From the NCBI GenBank assembly GCA_951406725.2, contig OX597835.1, forward strand, positions 18,600,001-18,664,000: a stretch of DNA of 64,000 bases. Direction: 5' to 3'. Origin of the DNA: Octopus vulgaris. Its lineage: Eukaryota. This document shows positions 54,885-64,000 of this stretch, piece after piece; position 1 is the stretch's first letter; the number at the start of each line of letters is the position of its first letter. A model generated the notes under the pieces. That model had not been told where the DNA came from and made no database searches. It saw only the letters and a list, made by a program, of their open reading frames with translations. A program made the position numbers and the translations under genes.

Positions 54885-55297
54885 ACTCTCTCTTTTACTC
54901 TTTTACTTGTTTCAGTCATTTGACTGCGGCCATGCTGGAGCACCGCCTTTAGTCGAGCAAATCGACCCCGGGACTTATTTTTTGTAAGCCCAGTACTTAT
55001 TCTATCGGTCTCTTTTGCCGAACCGCTAAGTGATGGGGACGTAAACACACCAGCATCGGTTGTCAAGCAATGCTAGGGGGACAAACACAGACACACAAAC
55101 ACACACACATATATATATATATATACATATATACGACGGGCTTCTTTTCAGTTTCCGTCTACCAAATCCACTCACAAGGCATTGGTCGGCCCGGGGCTAT
55201 AGCAGAAGACACTTGCCCAAGATGCCACGCAGTGGGACTGAACCCGGAACCATGTGGTTGGTTAGCAAGCTACTTACCACACAGCCACTCCTGCGCC
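54885..55297 (-). mobile_element. SINE family B, full length, within (TA)n
   Basis: Reverse complement of the consensus, with TA repeats on both sides. Confidence 0.95.
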
Positions 55298-55386
55298 TAT
55301 ATATATATGTGTGTGTATGTATATATACATATATATGTATGTATAAATACACACATACATATATATATATACATACATCTATATGC

Positions 55387-55480
<94 letters not shown>

Positions 55481-56008
55481 ATGTATGTAAATATTCAAAT
55501 AAATATAAACATATATTCATGTATAAATATATGTACGTATTTATAAATACTTTGTATATACAATCCATATGCTCATATGTACACATACACGTCTACATAT
55601 ATATATATATATATATATATATGTGTATGTGCGGATGTTCGTGGATGTAGTTGAGCGTTTACGCGCATGTAGTTGTGCATAGATTCACGGAGGAGGGCAG
55701 ATATAAAATGAATAATTTCCAGTTATAATACACACACACACACACGCAAACACATATATACGCAAATACATATATGTGAGTGTGTTTGTGCGTGTGTGTG
55801 TGTATTAAAATTTTAGGCTAAGAATTAAGAGATAGAAAAGAGGAATTATAGATCAATATATTTACAATCGCATTTATTTCACCAGCAGACGACGACATTT
55901 CAAAGCATAAAATACAAATACCGACACAAAATGGATACTGCAACACTGGATATATCGCATTTCTATTGCAATTTCCATGAATCGCCCAAATACATACATG
56001 CTTGTATG

Positions 56009-56042
<34 letters not shown>

Positions 56043-56071
56043 TGTATGTATGTATGTATGTATGTATGTAT

Positions 56072-56428
56072 GAGGCGCAATGGCCCAGTGGTTAGGGCAG
56101 TGAACTCGCGGTCATAGGAACGCGGTTTCGATTCCCAGACCGGGCGTTGTGAGTGTTTATTGAGTGAAAACACCTAAAGCTCCACGAGGCTCCGGCAGGG
56201 GATGGTGGTGATCTCTGCTGTACTCTTACTTCCTGTTTCCGTTGTACCTGTATTTCAAAGGGCCGGCCTTGTCACTCTCTGTGTCACGCTGACAATCCCC
56301 GAGAACTACGTTAAGGGTACACGTGTCTGTGGAGTGCTCAGCCACTTACACGTTAATTTCACGAGCAGGCTGTTCCGTTGATTCGAATCAACCGGAACCC
56401 TCGTCGTCGTAACCGACGGAGTGCTTCC
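56072..56428 (+). mobile_element. SINE family C, full length with a small internal deletion
   Basis: GAGGCGCAATGGCCCAGTGG..GGTTTCGATTCCC..GACGGAGTGCTTCC, inserted in (ATGT)n. Confidence 0.93.
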
Positions 56429-56544
56429 TTCCATGTATGTATGTATTTGTGTATGTATGTATCTATGTATGCTTGTATAAATATGCGTATATACACACGC
56501 GCACATACACACACATATATATGCATTCATATACATAAATATCA

Positions 56545-56850
56545 GGAGTGGATGTGTATTAAAAAGCTTGTATTAAATAGTTCACTGTTCAGTCCCACTG
56601 GGTGGCACCTTAGTTAGGTGTCATCTGCTATAGCCACGAGCCGACCAAGGGGATTTTAAGTGGATTTGGTAGATGGAAACTGAAAGAAGCTCGTCATATA
56701 TGTTTATGTGTCTGTGCTTGTAACCCCAACATCGCTTGACAACAGATGCTGGTGTATTTATGTCCCCGTAAGTTAGCGGTTTCGCAAAAGAGACCGGTAG
56801 AATAAGTATGGGTTTACAAATTATAAGTCCCGGGGTTGATTTGCTCAATG
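56545..56850 (+). mobile_element. SINE family B, old copy
   Basis: GTTCAGTCCCACTG..GGAAACTGAAAGAAGC..AAGTCCCGGGGTTGATTTGCTC. Confidence 0.8.
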
Positions 56851-57068
56851 GACGCAGTCTGAAATAAATAAAAGAATAAAGGCATATATATGTATGTGCG
56901 TGTGTGTGTATGTGTGTGTGTGTTTGTGTGTGACTGTGAACATACAAACACACAAACATATATATATATATATAACAGACATAACAGAAGTTAATTGACA
57001 AAATTATAATCGTTAAAACTAAATGAAATCTGAAATTATACATTCAAATTATTTATTTACTATATAAC

Positions 57069-57141
<73 letters not shown>

Positions 57142-57161
57142 ATTATATGTATATATAAATG

Positions 57162-57237
<76 letters not shown>

Positions 57238-57279
57238 TATATATAGATCGATAGATAGATAGATAGAGGGAGAGAGATT

Positions 57280-57440
57280 GACCCGATGGGCTTCTCTCAC
57301 TTTCTGTCTTCGAAATCCACTCAGAAGTCGTTGGTCGGTCGAAGCCTATAGGTGATGACACTTTCCCAAGTTGCCACGCATGGAACTGAACTCGGAACCA
57401 TATCGTTAGGAAGCAACTACACAGACACGCCTGTGCCTCA
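57280..57440 (-). mobile_element. SINE family B head, old copy
   Basis: AAATCCACTCA..GCCACGCATGGAACTGAACTCGGAACCA. Confidence 0.7.
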
Positions 57441-57456
57441 CATATAATAATGATAG

Positions 57457-58117
57457 TGGGAACACAAACCACCCCCAGTGCTTGAAAATGACCACATCTC
57501 ACTCCTCTGGAACTTCACCATTCAAACTGACAGAAAGATAGATGCAAATAGGCCAGACATCATATTGAAAGACTTCAAACAAAGAACATGCCTTCTCATT
57601 GATATGACTGTCCCAATTGATATAAACGTATCTGTCAAGACCTACCAAAAGCTGAGCAAATATAAAGATCTTGAAATAGAAATCAGCAAAATGTGGAACC
57701 TGAAGACTAAAACAATACCTGTTGTCATAGGTGCTCTGGGAATGATAGCAAAAGGGGATGATAGCTATCTAACTCAGATACCAGGAAACCCCAAAATGGC
57801 AGAAATTCAAAAGATAGTGCTCATGGGAACTGCTCATATCCTACGCAAAATACTTTCTATGTAATCTCAAGGTTTAAAACAAACATAATTTTCGGTTTTT
57901 AAAAAAATTTTTTTTTTAGACATTCATTAGTACAACACCAAAAACTCCCCCCCCCAAGCAATATATGGCACACTAGGCATAACAACAACATGAACTTCCA
58001 ACCTGTTGTCTCTTGAGGTCTCTGGGTGAGACTTGGAGCCAACTTGTACAAATATAAAGCAAATATAAAGCAAAAGTCAAACATAGAATAATAATAATAA
58101 TAATAATGATAATAATA
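57457..58117 (+). mobile_element. R4/Dong-clade non-LTR retrotransposon 3' end (restriction-like endonuclease + 3' UTR + (AAT)n)
   Basis: Open frame WEHKP..VLEND..LLWNFTIQTDRKIDANRPDII..LIDMTVP..KLSKY..IPVVIGALG..QKIVLMGTAHILRK, stop at 57864. Flanked by AAT repeats. Confidence 0.93.
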
Positions 58118-58343
58118 TAAATAAAATATAAATATATGCATATATACCTACATATATGTACATACCTAAATATATATGTATATATATATACATGCATATA
58201 TGTGTACAGGGCCTCCAAAAAACGTTGAACACAATGAGAAAGGAAAACATATAAAACGAACTTTTTTTCGAACAGAGAAACAAGACTTGCAATATAAAGA
58301 ATATTCACCTTGATCAGTTGTACCTGTTTCCTCTACTCGGAAG

Positions 58344-58416
<73 letters not shown>

Positions 58417-59580
58417 CTGTGACTAATTTCACATTTGTATCTGGGAGAAAAATAAATTAGCGTCGAACAAAAAGGTGTCATCATTTGACACAGAAAAGGG
58501 CTTCAACAGCTTTATTTGGAAAATGTACGATACAAGAAGTCAAATTATTAAAAGTTGTTACTGGTTGAATTCTGTAAACATTTCAGTTCATAAATTATTC
58601 TAACCGACATACAAGAAAAGCACAACATTCGTTGTCAGCCGCCAATTGATCAGAATTAATGAGATATCCCTGGTCTGATGAGAATATTGTGTGACATAAT
58701 TTAATTAATGTTCTTACATTTGGCGAATGCTCCTAATACATTTTTCTTATTCGTTTTTTTCATATTTGTTCTAATAATTTCGAAAATGCATTTAAGACCG
58801 ACATATTCAAATATAAACCATTCTGTTAACTACTTTTATTTGTCATTTACATGTTCGTCATTTTCTCTGTATGATAACACAACGATTGCTTCAAATCAAT
58901 TCAGCTTGGCACCAAGACACGCAATTCAGAAAATAAAACCATTTTCCACATCTTGAACTAGAATTGGATCACCAAACAGTGAAACAACAGCGTAGACTAA
59001 AATTAAGAAATATTATTCGAATGAAGACTTATCATATATAGTAAAGGACACACTGGGTCCAACAATTTGTCAGTTAGATTCCAAAAATTTTAGAATGGTT
59101 TTCATCATTCACCAATATCAACAGATGTTAGAGAGAGAAATTTTGTTACTCGTTGCAGTTGTATTAAGGCATATTTACGTATCATATAAAATGTAAAATA
59201 CAACTGGCTCCCAGATGAGTTTTAACTTCCATTTCAAAACATCTAATTCTTACATTAATTTCAATTCCGCCATCTTGATATTCGCCATCTTGATAATTAC
59301 GAGTGAAAGAGTGAAATGCAAAACACATTTATTTTCTGTAAAAAAACTTAATTCAGCGTTGGATTGTTTTTATCACGCTCACAATTACATAATCAGGTGC
59401 ATACACACGAAGGTACATACATACATGCATACATACATAGAAACATGCCGTCATACATACATATATGTATATATATAGATATATACATACATATACGTTT
59501 ATATATATATATATAGCTATATATATATATGTATATACATATGCATACTTATATATACACTCCACACACAAACACACACG

Positions 59581-59617
<37 letters not shown>

Positions 59618-59673
59618 GCATGCTTATATATACACTTCACACACGTATATATATATATTTATATACTTGCATG

Positions 59674-59731
<58 letters not shown>

Positions 59732-59758
59732 CATACATATGCAAGCCTATATATACAC

Positions 59759-59834
<76 letters not shown>

Positions 59835-60360
59835 CATAAATACTTATATATACTTACATGTAGATATGTATATTTCTCTATATCTGTATATCTACCTAAC
59901 ACACACACACACTCACACAAACACACATACACACATATATATACACATATATTTGTGTATCTGTATGAATGTATACCTAAATACGTTCTACATATTTGCG
60001 TGAGGAAATGTGCATATATTTGCACATACTTGTATGTATTTGTGTGAATGTATATTACTATTAAAATTCAATTATACACAAACATTTAGGCAAATGATGA
60101 TTACAGCTGTAATGGTTAATAGCCAAGATATTCCTCGTCTTCTCTTTTCATAAACCTCTCTCAAGTGATGCTAGCCCTATGTAAACCTAATGGTTATAGA
60201 ATAATTGCTATTTAGTTAATTAATAAATCGTAATAAATTGCCTCTGGTTAGCATGCAGAATTACAATTAGTAATTCTACTTGAAGATAAATGTGATAGAA
60301 TCGCATAAATATCTCTACTCCTCGCATGGCTATAAATTGATTGGTTTATATTAGCATACC

Positions 60361-60447
<87 letters not shown>

Positions 60448-60483
60448 GTATATGTATATACATATATATGTATAAATTCATAC

Positions 60484-60536
<53 letters not shown>

Positions 60537-61058
60537 TGTGTATAGATACATGCGCATATATATTCACTTCACACACTTGTGTGTATGTCTATGTGAGTGA
60601 GTGTATGTCGATATGCTTCCACTTATTAGATAAGTTTATGTATTTTAACATGCTTAATCATGCCAGGTGATTCGATTTGAGGATTTGGAAGTTATGGCTT
60701 CTTTTCATCCTCCTCTTTCTGTCCGTTCTTCTTCATCTACTCATATGTTCTGTCATCGCCTTTCATTCGAACCTATTTAACATAAGTTATTCCACTTACG
60801 TTATTTTTCTCTCCCTATTTGGTCAAGTCTCCAATTCCTTCTAGCTATATATTTCTTTGATGTCAGGAATAATAACGTCATTGGAAACAATGACCAGCCT
60901 CCCATTGACAGTATACAGTGAAAGAAAAGAATATCTATATATATTATAAACAGGAAGAAGGTTGCTTAACAACGGGGAGTGATGTATAACGTAAATATGT
61001 ATGTATAATGAAATATAACCAAAATCTAAGTTTTGCAATAAACAAAATCTTCACATAT

Positions 61059-61466
61059 GGAGTGGCTGTGTGGTAAGTAGTTTGCTAACCAACCACATGG
61101 TTCCGGGTTCGGTCCCGCTGCGTGGCATCTTGGACAAGTGTCTTCTGCTATAGCCCCGGGCCGACCAATCCCTTGTGAGTGGATTTGGTAGACGGAAACT
61201 GAAAGAAGTCTGTCGTATATATATGTATATATATATATGTGTGTGTTTGTGTGTCTGTGTGTTTGTCCCCCTAGCATTGCTTGACAACCGATGCGGGTGT
61301 GCTTACGTCCCCGTCACTTAGCGGTTCGGCAAAAGAGACCGATAGAATAAGTACTGGGCTTACAAAGAATAAGTCCCGGGGTCGAGTTGCTCGACTAAAG
61401 GCGGTGCTCCAGCATGGCCGCAGTCAAATGACTGAAACAAGTAAAAGAGTAAAAGAGAGTAAGAGT
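61059..61466 (+). mobile_element. SINE family B, near full length
   Basis: Consensus match with a (GTAAAAGA)n tail. Confidence 0.95.
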
Positions 61467-61689
61467 ATACATGCAGTAAATGCACGTACATATATATGCA
61501 TTTAGGATTACATGTCTGTATGCATGTATTCATGCATGAATGTACATATTTCTATTTATCTGTCTGTCTGTCTGTCTATCTATCTCTCTCTCTACATCTC
61601 TCTCTCTATCTATCTCATCTATCTCTTTATCTATGTATATATTCATCTGGCTGGTAACTTAATGGACAAAAAATACTACCTGTTATCTG

Positions 61690-62255
61690 TAAGTATACGT
61701 AAACATGCTTCTACTTACGAACAAATGAAGCTACTTAGGTCTGACATTGAATGTTTGAAAAACCTTAAGGTTGACAAGACTACCAAAGCTACAAAAACCC
61801 AAAATTAAAGAAAAAATAATAATTGTATACTGTCAATTTAACGTGACAGTAGGGGATTACACCACCGCTGTTTAGCCCAGGAAGCCTGGCTGCTGTGGGT
61901 ATCTGTCTCTCCTTCGTAAATATATAAGGACACAGTAAATGTGTCGAAGCCGACAGGAAGCGTTCGATGCTTCCTAGGGCTAAACAGCGGTGAGTAATCC
62001 CCTACTGTCACGTTAAATCGACAGTATACAACAATTATATCGCCCCATCACCGTATATATCTCTATGAGATATTTAGAAATTTAATATTTCTAAAGAAAA
62101 AATATAATATGAAAACTATACTTGATATTGATGCCACCGTAGAAACCATCAAGCAAATAGTATCTGCTAAAGCTGCCCGCATAGCGAGGTATGAAAAGCG
62201 TGTTAGATTCCTCAAGGACAATATGTTAAAAAAAAAACCCAAAATTTTTTACAAT
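61690..62255 (+). mobile_element. R4/Dong-clade ORF fragment (pre-RT region) split by an insertion
   Basis: EQMKLLRSDIECL before the insertion and ETIKQIVSAKAARIARYEKRVRFLKDN..KIFY after it, resembling the LKQ..A..RY..R....N..F..FY block. Confidence 0.65.
61823..62031. mobile_element. Fold-back element with ~63-bp inverted arms
   Basis: TTGTATACTGTCAATTTAACGTGACAGTAGGGGATTAC..GGAAGC and its near-perfect reverse complement. Confidence 0.88.
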
Positions 62256-62490
62256 TTTAGATATTTTACCATCTGTACTCCTAATGGACAGTGTAGTATC
62301 CTGTATCTCCTATTTAACTGATAATACTAAAATCGTTTCTGTCAAACCAATACCTATGTACCTGGACATTTACCACTATCTAAATGAGATTTTTTTTCTG
62401 ATGTAGTCAAGTGAATTTATAGCCATGGAGATTTAGATAATTCATATTCATTACATTTGGCGGATATTTTTCCTCGTCTTGTTTGTTGTT

Positions 62491-62536
62491 AATACAACGT
62501 TACGGCTGATATTGCCTTCAACCTTCATCAGGTGTC
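62491..62536 (-). ncRNA. Hammerhead motif, left arm of the palindrome (core A13 mutated)
   Basis: Minus strand reads GACAC-CUGAUGA-A-GGUUG-[10 nt]-CAGCC-GUAAC-GUU-GUAUU. Confidence 0.7.
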
Positions 62537-62570
62537 TTGGGGAAATTACGAACCTGGGAAATTTTCCCAA

Positions 62571-62616
62571 GACACCTGATGAAGGCTGGAGGGTATATCA
62601 GCCGAAATATTATGTT
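62571..62616 (+). ncRNA. Hammerhead motif, right arm of the palindrome
   Basis: GACAC-CUGAUGA-A-GGCUG-GAGGGUAUAU-CAGCC-GAAAU-AUU-AUGUU. Confidence 0.78.
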
Positions 62617-63034
62617 AACAACAAACAAGATGAGGACAAATATCCGCTAATTGTAGTTAATGTAAATAATATACATAATTCCTCAACTCTTAAATATATA
62701 ACTGTATAGAGATTTAAGTTTTGGGAGAATATCTAACAATATCAATTTATGACCAGCAACTAGAATTTAACTGTCAACTTCTAGTGTCTTAATACTGCAG
62801 TAGATCTTTTGATAGTGATAAGAAGAGAGATTAAAAATTGTAGCAAAATTACGAATCACAAAACCGCCCACTATGTCTCGAAATTTGCCAGTCCAAAATT
62901 GTAGTTGTTTCACTTTAAGCTTACTCTGCTACTTTAGAAGCAGCATGTAATTCTTTCCTTTTCTAGCTCTGATGAAATATTTGCGAAAAATTATAAGTTA
63001 ATATCCTGACTGGCGAATATATATTTTTCTATTT

Positions 63035-63121
63035 TGCAGCTGAAGACGGTGGTGTATTTCAAATTGATGTAATGCTTCTATTGTCCAATTGAATGGGGCT
63101 GCCTGAAACGGCCGTGTTGCG
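63035..63121 (+). ncRNA. Hammerhead motif with extended stem II and non-cleavable GUG triplet
   Basis: UGCAG-CUGAAGA-C-GGUGGU-[insert]-GCUGCC-U-GAAAC-GGCC-GUG-UUGCG. Palindromic ACGGCCGU at stem III. Confidence 0.6.
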
Positions 63122-63200
63122 TTAACACCTCGACATCCTTGTTACTTATTTGCTATAGAGATATATAAATAAATAAACACACTCACACACGCACACATAT

Positions 63201-63308
<108 letters not shown>

Positions 63309-63310
63309 TC

Positions 63311-63368
<58 letters not shown>

Positions 63369-64000
63369 GAGTGTGTAACTGTGTATGTGTGTCCTTGTGT
63401 GAGATGCTGCGCATGTGTGTGCTTTCAGCGGTGTTTTCTATCTGTGTGAGTGATTGTGATAGAAACTTGTCCTTCATACACACGCACACTAATATATACA
63501 TGCGCATCTTAGTATCTATACATCTAAACATGTATGAACACATGCAAACGTATACATCATTATTTGCTCCTAATGACCTGACCGAAATACAGAGTCAAAG
63601 ACATCGACTCGAGAATTACTCGTGGAAACATGGCAGCAAGTTTTATATATTAATGGTGAAATCACAATTTGGTAGACTTGAGAAACTGTCAAGACATTTG
63701 ACAACGTAGTTTTAGAATTGAAATTAAGTATATTTAGTAGAATCCATCACAGTTGGATACTAGCGTCTTTGATATGTGAAAAGGTTAACTTATTCACGGT
63801 AATAATGCAGAGACAAGTCTGTATATTTGGCCTGTAGCAAGAATGTCCCTCGTAAATTCCTTATATTTGCATGTTATATGTATGCTTGCAGATAAAAGCT
63901 TTCAACAGCCAACGTCTATGAAGTTCATTGTGCTACAATATTTCTCATATTCTTTATTATTTAATAGATCTAGAGACACATATAAACACGGTTAAATGCA

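Noticed and set aside
62965-62995. CTGATGAAATATTTGCGAAAA minimal hammerhead
   Set aside because: Stem II is not properly closed and there is no stem I or III, so it is likely chance in AT-rich DNA.

Overview
This is AT-rich, microsatellite-saturated eukaryotic DNA with no intact host protein-coding gene that I can support. The SINE families and the dense (TA)n, (CA)n, (GATA)n and trinucleotide arrays suggest a coleoid cephalopod, probably Octopus; that is from recall and was not verified by a search. Nearly all ORFs in the six-frame track are microsatellite or SINE artefacts. Recognisable retroelements are a near full-length but frameshifted Penelope-like element (RT + Cys linker + GIY-YIG, Neptune-like, ~33.7-37.0 kb, minus strand), three R4/Dong-clade LINE fragments, an RTE 3' end, a probable L1/Tx1 3' end, and about 35 copies or fragments of six tRNA-derived SINE or SINE-like families, three of which exchange modules. 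DNA-element remnants are a Tc1 transposase relic, a complete non-autonomous Helitron and several fold-back/MITE-like elements. There is also a tRNA-Ile pseudogene. The most interesting unexplained signal is six minimal type-I hammerhead ribozyme motifs from five unrelated short repeats, mostly near (TA)n tracts. They have very short or loop-less stem III. Two carry a CCGANGA core variant, two have extended stem II inserts, and two are arranged as a palindrome on opposite strands.
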